DNA from: Stegostoma tigrinum
Lineage: Eukaryota
Direction: 5' to 3'
NCBI RefSeq assembly: GCF_030684315.1
Contig: NC_081373.1
Location: 24,529,989 to 24,593,988, forward strand
DNA length: 64,000 nucleotides
Shown here: piece after piece, positions 1-11,000 of the stretch
Layout: every line of letters starts with the position of its first letter
How positions within the stretch are numbered: position 1 is the stretch's first letter
Made by a program: the position numbers and the translations under genes
Notes under the pieces: model-generated
Databases searched by the model: none
What the model was told of the DNA's origin: nothing
The model's input: the letters and a program-made list of their open reading frames with translations, nothing else

Positions 1-682
1 ATTCATTGAGTCACTTTGTGAAATCCCCACTGTTCTTTCTGACACCAGAATGGAGTGTTGTGATTACACAGTATATTGACACAGCAAAGAATTCTCCCAT
101 TTTAAACATTATTGCACCTCAATGACAGGAAGGACCATTGGTAGATCAACATGTTAAGAAAACATGAGCAGAAAACAGCACTGAGCCATCCTCAGGACTG
201 TGGATGTGTCTATACCAGGTCACAAATGCAGCAGACATTACGCATGATTAGGACAACAAAATGCCACAGAAAATGGATTGAATTAGCATATTTATATTTT
301 TGCTGATGCAAAACATTTTCTAGCCGGAAATCTAGTGTCCCAATTTTGTAAAACCTAAGTTATTCAACCCTGAATCTTCTGCTCCTAGCTGCCACCCGTA
401 ACAGTGGGAATCCAGGGGCAAAAGAAGGGAGAAAGTTTCTTTCCTCCAGCAATCTGCTCATTTTAGCTCTTGTTTTTCCAGTAGGATTTCTACTGAGCTG
501 AAAAATGGTTACCTATATGACATCTTGTTTCATAAAGACACCTCATTTATACCTGATCTTGTCAGTTAAGGAAACTGCCTTTTGTGCAACTTTAGAGTAC
601 TAGCTTAAGCCAGCTTGCACTTTTTGAACCCAGTAACCTTGCTAATCCATCCTTCTTCCTAGCAGCTGACTAAAATTAGACC

Positions 683-1306
683 GCTTTGCGGAACACCTAC
701 ACTCTGTTCACAACAAACAACTACACCTCCCAGTCGCGAACCATTTCAACATTCACTGCCCCCAACTCCTCGGACGACTTGTCCAGCCTGGGCCTCCTGC
801 ATTGCCACAATGATGCCACTCGAAAGATGCAAGAACAGCATCTCATATTTCGCTTGGGAACCCCGCAGCCCAAGGGTATCAATGTAGACTTCACAAGCTT
901 CAAAATCTCCCCTCCCCCCACCACATCCCAAAACCAGCCCAGCTAGTCCTCGCCTCCCTAACCATTCCTCCCACCTCAAGACCGCACCCCCATCTCCTAC
1001 CTACTAACCTCATCCTAACCCCGTGACCTGTCCGTCCTCCCTGGACTGACCTATCCCCCACTAACTGCCTACCGACATTCACCTTCACTGGCTCTAACCC
1101 CGCCTCTTTGCCCTATCTGTCTCCTCTTACCTTATCTTCTCCTTTATCCATCCTCTATCCGCCTCCCCCTCTCTCCCCATTTATTTCAGAATCCCCTTCC
1201 CTTCCCGCATTTCTGAAGAAGAGTCCCAACTTGAAACGTCAAGCTTTCCTGCTCCTTTGTTGCTGCTTGGCCTGCTGTGTTCATCCAGCTTCACACCATG
1301 TTATCC
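683..1306 (+). mobile_element. Penelope-like element (PLE), older single-arm 5'-truncated copy (GIY-YIG C-terminus + 3' UTR + degenerate hammerhead)
   Basis: Translates ...HCHNDATRKMQEQHLIFRLGTPQPKGINVDFTSFK, as in the other PLE copies. Ends at TGTTATC. 11-bp TSD AAAATTAGACC at 672-682 and 1307-1317. Confidence 0.9.
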
Positions 1307-1344
1307 AAAATTAGACCAATCTGTTTTTATATTTCACATAGCTC

Positions 1345-1690
1345 CTGCTTCATAATTGTCCAATCATTGGCTTTCTATTTGCACAACTTCACCTTGGCTT
1401 AGCTCATTTGCTCTTGTAACTCTCATTCTGATCTTTGTTTCCTCTAAACTGGATGGCTTCAATGCAGTTCTGACTGATCTTCCATATCTACACTTCATAA
1501 ACATGAGGCATTCTAAAACATGCAGCCCATGTTTTAACTCACAGTGAATCCCATTCCCCCTCTCATCCTGCTATTCAGACCTACATTGGCTCATGGTCAT
1601 GCAATATGTTGATTTAACAATTCTCTGACACATTGTTAAATCCCTTCATCGCCTTGCCCCTCTTTATTCTTGTCGCATTTCCCAATGCAA
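1345..1690 (+). mobile_element. Degenerate L2-clade LINE, ORF2 C-terminal remnant
   Basis: LILIFVSSKLDGFNAVLTDLP resembles the L2 motif LIHAFVTSRLDYCNxLLxGLP. Downstream ctacattggctc resembles LHWL. Confidence 0.55.
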
Positions 1691-1723
1691 CAATCCTCAA
1701 TATACACAAATGGTATATGGGCT

Positions 1724-1833
1724 TGCAGAGGCTGGAGAATCCAAGATAACAAAGTGTGGAGCTGGATGAACACAGCCGGCCAAGCAGCATCTCAGGAGCA
1801 CAAAAGCTGACGTTTCGGGCCTAGACCCTTCAT
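1724..1833 (-). mobile_element. Short PLE 3'-terminal fragment
   Basis: Matches the PLE terminus, with part of the tail and most of the hammerhead motif. No TSD seen. Confidence 0.85.
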
Positions 1834-1844
1834 TTGTCTGTTGC

Positions 1845-2608
1845 CATTGTGATTTTGTTTTTTAAAAAATAGCATAACAGTGATCATTCTTGGAGCATTG
1901 TAGAAAATTGTTTACATTGGGAGAGCACAAACAGTTTACTACATTTTCTTCTGTTAGTAAGTTCCAGAAATTGTATTTTTTGTTAGATTTGGGTAATACC
2001 CATAACTTGGACAATGTTTTATTTTCAGTTCCAGGGTTTGCAGAATTCCTGGCTGAATCTGGATATGAAAACAGTTGCACCTAAAGAACGGAAATAGTTT
2101 AGAACTGTTAAGAATTAGATTGGCTCAGCATAAGGAGTTTAGTTTTAAAGTCTCAGACTGGAGTGTTTGGTTTATACCTAAAACGGTTATTTGAAGCTGC
2201 AACATTCTCAGCTCAGTTGAATAAAGGCTCCAGGAAGAGACTATCAAATTATCAAGTTCGAGAACTGAAGCCAAAGTTACATTAAACTCTATAGTTGGGA
2301 CAGAAAGTGGAATGTTCTCTGGTGTGATTATTGTAAAAGACTGCTTTTGTGTTGATGGGATTAAGTTGTACCCTGTATTTCAAAATCTTTAAACTTTAAA
2401 TATGTGTCCCATGTAAATAGCTTGGTTTATTCTATTTTATCCTCATTTTTTTGCACAATAAACTGCTTTAGGGTTAAACCAAATTTGCAGCACTCCATGC
2501 TTGTATTTCAGTGCAGGACTATCTCCGTAAAACCAAAAAAAAATCTATGAAGCTAGATTATAGTCTGGGATCCAGTTTACCAGTACTAACTTCAGCTGGG
2601 ATCATAAC
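1845..2608 (+). mobile_element. Possible solo LTR
   Basis: AATAAA near 2457, and ends in ...CTGGGATCATAACA, an LTR-like CA terminus. 5' boundary and TSD not identified. Confidence 0.3.
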
Positions 2609-2966
2609 AGATAACGCTGAACATTGACTATCAAAATTCAACTACTTCCCATCAAATAATTTGTAATACTGGAGACATTCAAGGCCTAATGTGATGCTTA
2701 AAGAGGACAAATATTGATCTAAAATGGCAGCCATCATCACCTGACTAGAAAATAAGGTAAGTTTTGTGAAACAAGAATGAAATATCTTGGTGTACAAGAT
2801 GGCTTGGTATCATATTTTGTTTTATACAGCTCCTGTGGAATGCGTTGAGGTATTTCATTACATTAAAAACACTATATAAATATAAATTGCCAGCATTGTC
2901 CATGCTGTTGAGTTACTATTGGCCTCATCTGCAAATGTTGGAGCAGGCAGCAAAGGTGGAATAGTA

Positions 2967-4263
2967 GATAACAAAGTGTGGAGCTGGATGAACACAGCAG
3001 GCCAAGCAGCATCTCAGGAGCACAAAAGCTGACGTTTCGGGCCTAGACCCTTCATCAGAGAGGGGGATGGGGACAGGGAACTGGAATAAATAGGGAGAGA
3101 GGGGGAGGCTGACCGAAGATAGAGAGAAAAGAAGATAGGTGGAGAGGAGAGTATAGGTGGGGGGTAGGGAGGGGATAGGTCAGTCCAGGGAAGACGGACA
3201 GGTCAAGGAGGTGGGATGAGGTTAATAGGTAGGAGATGGAGGTGCAGCTTGGGGTGGGAGGAGGGGATGGGTGAGAGGAAGAACAGGTTAGGGAGGTGGG
3301 GACAAGCTGGGCTGGTTTTGGGAGCAGTGGGGAGAGGGGAAGAGCTGGGCTGGTTGTGTGGTGCAGTGGGGGGAGGGGACGAGCTGGGCTGGTTTTGGTA
3401 TGCAGTGGGGGGAGGGGATGAGCTGGGCTGGTTGTGTGATGCAGTGGGGGGGAGGGGACGAGCTGGGTTGGTTTTGGGATGCAGTGGGGGAAGGCGAGAT
3501 TTTGAAGCTTGTGAAGTCCACATTGATGCCATTGGGCTGCAGGGTTCCCAAGCGGAATATGAGTTGCTGTTCCTGCAACCTTCAGGTGGCATCATTGTGG
3601 CACCGCAGGAGGCCCAGGATGGACATGTCGTCCAAGGAATGGGAGGGGGAGTTAAAATGATTCGCGACTGGGAGGTGCAGTTGTTTATTGCGAACTGAGC
3701 GGAGGTGTCCTGCAAAGCGGTCCCCAAGCCACCCTTGGTTTCCCCAATGTAGACTTCACCAGCTTCAAAATCTCCCCTTCCCCCACCGCATCCCAAAACC
3801 AGCCCAGTTCGTCCCCTCCCCCCACTGCACCGCACAACCAGCCCAGCTCTTCCCCTCCCCCCACTGCATCCCAAAACCAGTTCAACCTGTCTCTGCCTCC
3901 CTAACCTGTTCTTCCTGTCACCCATCCCTTCCTCCCACCCCAAGCCGCACCTCCATTTCCTACCTACTAACCTCATCCCACCTCCTTGACCTGTCCGTCT
4001 TCCCTGGACTGACCTATCCCCTCCCTACCTCCCACCTATACTCTCCTCTCCACCTATCTTTTTTTCTCTCCATCTTCGGTCAGCCTCCCCCTCTCTCCCT
4101 ATTTATTCCAGAACCCTCACCCCATCCCCCTCTCTGATGAAGGGTCTAGGCCTGAAACGTCAGCTTTTGTGCTCCTGAGATGCTGCTTGGCCTGCTGTGT
4201 ACATCTAGCTTTACACTTTATTATCTTGGATTCTCCAGCATCTGCAGTTCCTATTATCACTGA
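2967..4263. mobile_element. Two-armed (inverted) PLE insertion: left arm minus strand without tail, right arm plus strand with tail
   Basis: Left arm 2967-3753 and right arm 3745-4263 join at microhomology CAATGT(A/G)GA. Hammerhead motifs at 3031-3058 (-) and 4134-4161 (+). No TSD found. Confidence 0.92.
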
Positions 4264-4848
4264 AGTCTTGCCTGTGCTGAGTCTCTCACTGACACAGCTT
4301 GGAAGAGGAACAATAGCACAGGACAACAATAAGAAAAGTCAGTCACCATTCAAGGGTGATTCAGTTCACCAGAAAATGCCCTTCGTTAAATAACATATAG
4401 ATAATATTCGTCACATCAGGACCTTGCTGGAGGAGCACCAGATAGAGCTGTGGAACACCTTCATGACATAGAGGCATAGGGGTTTTACAGCATGGAAAGA
4501 TGTCCTTTCATTCACTGAGTTCCCATCAAACACCCCTCAATTCTAATCCCATTTTTCAGCACTTGGCCCATAGCCCTTTATGGTGATGCTTTTTAAGTAT
4601 ACATCTGGATAGTTCTTAATTGTCTTGAAAGCCTAACACTTCTAACTCCATTTAACAGTAATTCAGGAAGACCTGAAGTAAATCCTCTACTCGCATTGGC
4701 CTCTGATTTATGAAGGCGATCACCAGTCTTAAACATTATAGCATTGTGTCAGATCAGTCAGCCAGGGAATTAAACAGGCATGTGCTTGCTAGATTATTGA
4801 TGGCCTTTTACTGCCAAGCAGCCTAATTAAACATTGTCAGGAAGTACG

Positions 4849-5004
4849 TCAGAATCCCCTTCCCCTCCCCGATTTCTGAGGAAGGGTCTAGACCCGAAAC
4901 GTCAGCTTTCCTGCTCCTCTGATGTTGCTTGGCCTGCTGTGTTCATCCAGCTCTACACCTTGTTGTCTCAGATTCTCCAGCATCGGCAGTTCCTACTATC
5001 TCTG
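4849..5004 (+). mobile_element. Short PLE 3' fragment with hammerhead (CTGAGGA variant) and tail
   Basis: ctgaggaagggtctagacccgaaacgtcagc...ttcctactatc. Confidence 0.85.
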
Positions 5005-7169
5005 CAACAAGATCTAAGGTGTTAGACTATCCGTCGCTTTCCTTCTGTGTATTGGACACAGCAACAACAGAATTGAAAGTAAATAAACTGGTGAGCAGCA
5101 TTTTCTCCAATTTTCTTTATGGCTATGTGGGTCTCCAAGGTTCATTCACATCAGCAACTGCCAGAACCAGAAATCAATGGCCCAATCAGCATGTAGACAC
5201 CAATCGACGCACGTGGACCCGAAAGGAAAGTTGCTGGTGAAGCTGATCCACTTCCTTCCTTCCCAGGTTCTGGCTGGAGCCAGTGTTAGCTGCTCCTTTT
5301 CTGTTCAGCACATGATCAAGGGTGGGGACTCTTGTTATTTGCAAGGCTGGGCAAGGTGGCAGGGTCCAACATTGACGGAGTCCTTCTTCCCATTTCAGTT
5401 GTCCTCTTGTATACCACTTGTCAACAAGAGCTTCAGATAGGAGTGTTTTCAGAAATAAATTTTCAACCAAAGGCCTGCAGTATGGATAAAATATACTTTA
5501 CAATTATTCAAAATGCTGTTAAATACATAACTTCCATTTTCGGATTACAACTTCATCTAGATCCTGTCATGTCTTCTGCCATCTCTACTTTTGTAGTGTA
5601 TGGCTTTTTTAAGGGCTTAAGTGGTCTAGTGGGCATGAAGAAAAAGAAGTATCTTGTATTGTAAACAAGATGTAGTTTATTGCATCTCTGCCACTATTTA
5701 CAGGTTACAAGAATAGGTTCTACTACATAGCAATGACCATTGGCGTGGAGCTAGCCTTAGGTCTGACCCATGAGATGCTGCTTTACCCTCCAACCAAGTC
5801 ATCACGACATCATCACAGTAGATGGAACTTATTGCACTCTATCAACTAATAACCATTTCACGCCTTTCCAGACACTTTTACAGCAATGTTAAATGTGCAA
5901 AAACTTGTGACACTTAAAACAAACAAAACTCATCATCTTACGACCTGATCATTCAATACATTGGTTTGCAAATATTATATTGTTGGGGTGAGATTCACTC
6001 TTTCTAACACTTTGTTTCACTTGTATGTTACCCATCAACCTAGTGACAATTTATTTATTTACTCCAACGTTGTTTCTCCAAATGTTCTGCAGGCAATATG
6101 TCATAGACAAAATTGCATTCCATCTTTTCTTTTTACATCTATATACCTCAGATCAGAAATTCGACAAGTATTGAAAGAGCGTGCTAAAAATACAGTGATG
6201 CACCTGTTTTGCAGGTACAACTTTATTTCCCTCCCCATCCTCGTCACTGGATTCTAACTCGAAGTACTCACTGTTAACTGTGCACATTAGCAGTTAATCC
6301 GCTCTCGAATCTCTGCTTTGCTGTCAGCCTGTACAAAATTTGTAACAGCAGCTGGGAATATATATTCTGTACATTTTTTCTTCATTCCTATTTTGGGAAA
6401 GCATATATTTCCCAATTACTACTGCCCACACACGAGAATACCTAACATCAATACTCAACACTGTGGGTCAAGGAGCAATAAATGCATTGATATGGTGCAA
6501 TCATTGAGTAAGCAACGTATGGTTAAAGTACTTGGAAGTCAAGTCCAGTGAAATCATGATATGTTAAAATCACTTAGCTTGAAATTCTGCTGCTGAAGTC
6601 ATCAGCCACTCCTGCCAGCAGAATATCAAATCCCAATAAGCAATGCCAATGATAAACCATACATTCACACAAACTCTTCTTTTAACAGCACTGATAGCTG
6701 ACACCAAAACACTGGGCCTCCTGTGCCTGTGGCCTTACCCTGATAGGGCATGGGCGCAGTGCCAGGCCCTATACATCAGTCATTTATGTCAATTAAGAGA
6801 CTTAATATGTAATCATATTTTATGAGAGTTATATGTACACATATTATTGGCTATTTTTCTACTATTTGATGGCCATTAAAATCCACAAAAACAAGGTTAT
6901 TAAACAACTTTTTTGAAAATGATCAAATGATTTTGTAACTGTGTACAGTAGTGACAATTTATTCTCTCAATCCTTCATCTGATGATTTAATCAGTACTTG
7001 TAGGTGTTCAGAATGTGTCTCAATGCCCTGGAGGTTTGGATGTTCTTCACAGTAGGCTTACTGAATGCTTTCAATCCCATGACCTCATTAGGTTGCTTTC
7101 CTGTGGGAGAATGCTCTTAATTAATAGAGACTCTGAATCAGGCACAAATAGTTGACAAAGTGAATTAAT

Positions 7170-7211
7170 CCAGCACAGCATAGGATCCCAGCACAGCACC
7201 GGATCCCAGCA
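7170..7211. repeat. Short tandem duplication, 18-bp unit
   Basis: cagcacagcataggatcc / cagcacagcaccggatcc / cagca. Confidence 0.7.
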
Positions 7212-8109
7212 AAGAGTCATCTCTCTGCTAGATGAGCAAGTAGTGATAGCTGTGAACTTAGCTTATGGAATTTTGGTGCATATAATATTATCAGAGTGTA
7301 AATTAATTTGCAGGCTAATGTGTGGAGACATGGAAAAATGATCAAACCTGACAGAAATGAGAACTTGAATATGGCACAGGAGTAATTCAAAAGTTCTGAG
7401 GGATATTAGTAAGGAAAATATCAAAAATTATGGATAGTGAATCTGTATGAAGGTGAAATCAATTTAAGATCAACACCAAAGAAGGATGACGTCAGGAGAA
7501 TGTTTTTCAAGCGAAGCATTCTCGCAGATCTAAAATAGCAGTGGAAGAAGAATGCATAAAATGACTTTGAAAAGGGCAGTGGATAAAAATGAGGAAGGTC
7601 AAAGGCTGGAGTGGATAGGCCATTCAAAGACTGACATATTGAACAAAATAACGTTTAAAAGATGTATGATTAGTTGTAAGATCGCCCTTACCTCAGTAAC
7701 CCAGGCAGAGGGTATACAACCCATAGATCTTTAAACCTTCAAAAGACATCAGAAACATTTCCAGGTAGACTGCAGATTTCACCTCAGCCCATCCAGAAAT
7801 AAAGTGCTACTGTCAATCTTCTGAACAACTCCCTCAATTCCACCGAAGGCGATCAGCATCTCCCTGCTCAGTTCTTCAGCCAAGCACAGCATCTAGGTCT
7901 GTGGGTTTAAGTGCAATTCAAGCACACCTAGTTTGGTCATCCATTATCAAATTCGGTTATGCCATGTCTTGCACTGCCACAAATCCCTCTCCTTACTCAA
8001 TCCTCGTAATATGCCAGAGTCATCTTGAGGGCAAGAATAATTCATGACTGACTGTGACAAATTGTTTCTTTCAACCAACTTTCCCTGCTCCAGCAGAGTT
8101 GTACTGCTG

Positions 8110-8670
8110 AGGATCCATAAGTCTCGGGTCAGACTGCATTTGAAACATTGTGAGCAGTTTTGGGTCCTGTCTAAGGAAGGATGGGCTGGGCTCAGAGGAG
8201 GTCTGCAGGAGATTTACAAGAATGATCCCAGGGATGAATGGCTTGTCATATGAGGAACAGTTAATGACGCTGGTTCTGTAAGCAATGAAGTTGCGACTGA
8301 CAGAATACTGAGAGGCCTGGACAGAATGAATATGGAGAAGTTGTTCCCATCAGTGGGAGAAACTAGGGCCTGAGGGCACAGACTCAGAGTGAGAGGATGA
8401 CCCTCTAGAACTATATTTAGGAGGAATTTCTTCAGCCAGAAGGAAATGAACCTGTGGAACTTATTGTCACAGAGGATTGTGGAGGCCATGTCATTGAGTG
8501 TATTTAAGACATAGTTTGATAGGTTTTTGATCAGTATGGGGCTCAAGCATTACAGAGAGAAGGCAGAAGAAAAGGGGTTAAGAGACACATCAGTCATGAT
8601 CGAATGGCAGAGCATGCTTGATGGACCAAATTGTCCAATTCTGCTCCTTTATCTTCATGGTCGTATGGTC
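8110..8670 (+). mobile_element. Degenerate CR1 LINE 3' end
   Basis: Remnants of RxHLEYCxQFW and RRNFFSQRxxNLWN motifs, plus a CR1-type 3' UTR. Confidence 0.8.
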
Positions 8671-9705
8671 CTTCCAGATTCAGCTCCAATTTTGAGAGTT
8701 TGATATCGTCTATTTTGGTCAAGTATCAACTTTCTCTCAAGCCAACAACTTCCTAACAACATCTTACTTTAGCACTGACCTGCCATGTCAGTTTGCAGCT
8801 TTACTTGTTAGCGCCCAACCTTTTCCAATGTCAACCGTCCTATTGTTTTTGATCTTCTCAGTTTTTGTCAATATTGTTAGTGGCAACATCTACTCAGACA
8901 TTATCCTTTTTCTATGCAGAACTATCGACATCTTCCTTCTCAACAGCTACAGTATTTCCTCCTACAACAGCCTAAACTGTGACTTCCTGGCTTTTGCCCA
9001 AGGTGCCTGCGTTCATTGTCCTCTCCCAGCTTCATGTTCTGTTCACCTACATCAACTTGCTGCCTTCAGGTAGTTTTTATTATTTTGCCTCTTTCAGGGC
9101 CATTATCCGTTGGGACAGAGTCAGCCACACAACAACCTGAAACTTCCTGCACAAGTTAGTCTCTTTAATCTACTCTACATGCTCAGACATGCAATTAACA
9201 TTAGAGTACCCTATACTTAAAGAAATCAAACATTCATTACTAAACATTTTTAAAGTACATTAATGACACCCATCTCTACAGCTCCAGCACTTTTCCTGAT
9301 AACTCTATAGTTATCACCATTCTGGTACAAAGTTAAATAGTAAAATAGTCAACAAGAGTTTACAATAAATAAGCAAGAGGACTAACTAAGGCATACGTTA
9401 TATCTCCTGTTAGGAGGTGCCCACCAACAATTCCATTCTCCTGCCTGAAAACCTGTTCAGGCTAAACCCAACTACAAGTCATTTTTACATTCTGCTCTAC
9501 CTAGGGTTGGTTTCAAACCTCAAATCCTACCCATTACCAAGACTAAATAGTTCTACCTCAATAACTCCAAATCCTTCCTCATCCACACAAAATCAATGAA
9601 GATACTGCTACTATGCTCTGTTCTGAAACAAGCCCTCTTCATACTTTATCTCCTGAAAAAATTGCAAAAGTCAATCGTGTAAACTAAATTCATAGCTATT
9701 AGAGA

Positions 9706-11000
9706 GAAAGCTGTTAGAGATAGGATTTATAATCATCTAGCAAGCAATAATTTGATTGGACACAGTCAACACGGATTTGTCAAGGGCAGATCATGTCTCA
9801 CAAACCCCATTGAGTTTTTTGAGAAGGTGACCAAGCATGTGGATGAGGGTAGGGCAGTTGATGTGGTGTACATGGACTTCAGAAAAGCTTTTGATCAGGT
9901 TCCACATGGTAGGCTATTGGAGAAAATACGGAGACATTGGACTGAGGGAGATTTAGCAGTTTGGATTAGAAACTGGCTTTCTGTAAGAAAGCAACGAGTG
10001 GTGGTTGATGGAAAATATTCAGACTGGAGTCCGGTTACTAGTGGTGTACCTCAAGGATCTGTTTTGGGACCACTGCTGTTTGTCATTTTTATAAATGACT
10101 TGGATGCAGGCATAGGTGGATGGGTTAATAAGTTTGCAGATGACACTAAAGTCGGTGGAGTGGTGGACAGTGTGGAAGAATGTTGCAGGCTGCAGGGACA
10201 CTTGGATAAACTGCAGAATTGGGCTAGAAGGTGGCAAGTGGAGTTCAATGCCGATAAATGTGAGGTGATTCACTTTGGGAAGAATAATAGGAAGTCAGAA
10301 TACCGGGTCAATGGAAAGATTCTTGGTAGTGTGGATGTGCAGAGGGATCTTGGTGTCCATGTACATAGATCCCTGAAAGTTGCCACCCAGGTTGATAGTG
10401 CTGTTAAGGCGGCTTACGGTGTGTTAGGTTTTATTGGTAGAGGGATTGAGTTCTGGAGCCGTGATGTCATGCGGCAACTGTACAAAACGCTAGTGCAGCC
10501 TCGTTTGGAATATTGCGTGCAGTTCTGGTCTCCCCATTATAGGAAGGATGTTGAAGCATTGGAAAAGGTGCAGTGGAGATTTACCAGGATGTTGCCTGGT
10601 CTGGAGCGAAGGCCTAATGAAGAAAGGCTGAGGGGCTTGGGTCTGTTCTCATTGGAGAGAAGGAGGCTAAGAGGGGATTTAATAGAGACAATCAAGATGA
10701 TCAGAGGATTAGATAGGGTGGACAGTGAGAGTCTTTTTCCGAGGATGATGACGTCAGCTTGTACAAGGGGGCATAGCTACAAATTGAGGGGTGATAGATT
10801 TAAGACAGATGTCAGAGTCAGGTTCTTTACTCAGAGAGTGGTAAGGGCATGGAATGCCCTGCCTGTCAATGTAGTGAACTTAGCCACATTAGGGGTATTT
10901 AAACAGTCCTTGGATAAGCATATGAATGATGATGGGATAATGTAGGGGGGCAACATCGAGGGCCTGTTCTGCGCTGTATTGTTCTATGTTCTATGTTCTA
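9706..11000 (+). mobile_element. 5'-truncated CR1 (HER1-like) LINE with uninterrupted RT/C-terminal reading frame
   Basis: Open ORF 9752-10945 with RT motifs. 3' tail is (GTTCTAT)n. Confidence 0.95.
9752..10945 (+). CDS. CR1 ORF2 fragment: reverse transcriptase + C-terminal domain (397 aa; truncated, not a host gene)
   Basis: Motifs QHGF, YMDFRKAFD, GVPQGSVLGP, KFADDTK, YCVQFWSP, FFTQRVVRAWNALP. Confidence 0.85.
   Translation: MIGHSQHGFVKGRSCLTNPIEFFEKVTKHVDEGRAVDVVYMDFRKAFDQVPHGRLLEKIRRHWTEGDLAVWIRNWLSVRKQRVVVDGKYSDWSPVTSGVPQGSVLGPLLFVIFINDLDAGIGGWVNKFADDTKVGGVVDSVEECCRLQGHLDKLQNWARRWQVEFNADKCEVIHFGKNNRKSEYRVNGKILGSVDVQRDLGVHVHRSLKVATQVDSAVKAAYGVLGFIGRGIEFWSRDVMRQLYKTLVQPRLEYCVQFWSPHYRKDVEALEKVQWRFTRMLPGLERRPNEERLRGLGLFSLERRRLRGDLIETIKMIRGLDRVDSESLFPRMMTSACTRGHSYKLRGDRFKTDVRVRFFTQRVVRAWNALPVNVVNLATLGVFKQSLDKHMNDDGIM

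Noticed and set aside
3290-3500. Regularly spaced ~39-bp repeats, superficially CRISPR-like
   Set aside because: Tandem units without unique spacers, no cas genes, eukaryotic context. It is a coding minisatellite of the PLE.
9752-10945. Intact 397-aa ORF as a possible domesticated gene
   Set aside because: Ordinary 5'-truncated young CR1 with its 3' UTR and tail. The start codon is TTG and it lacks the endonuclease.
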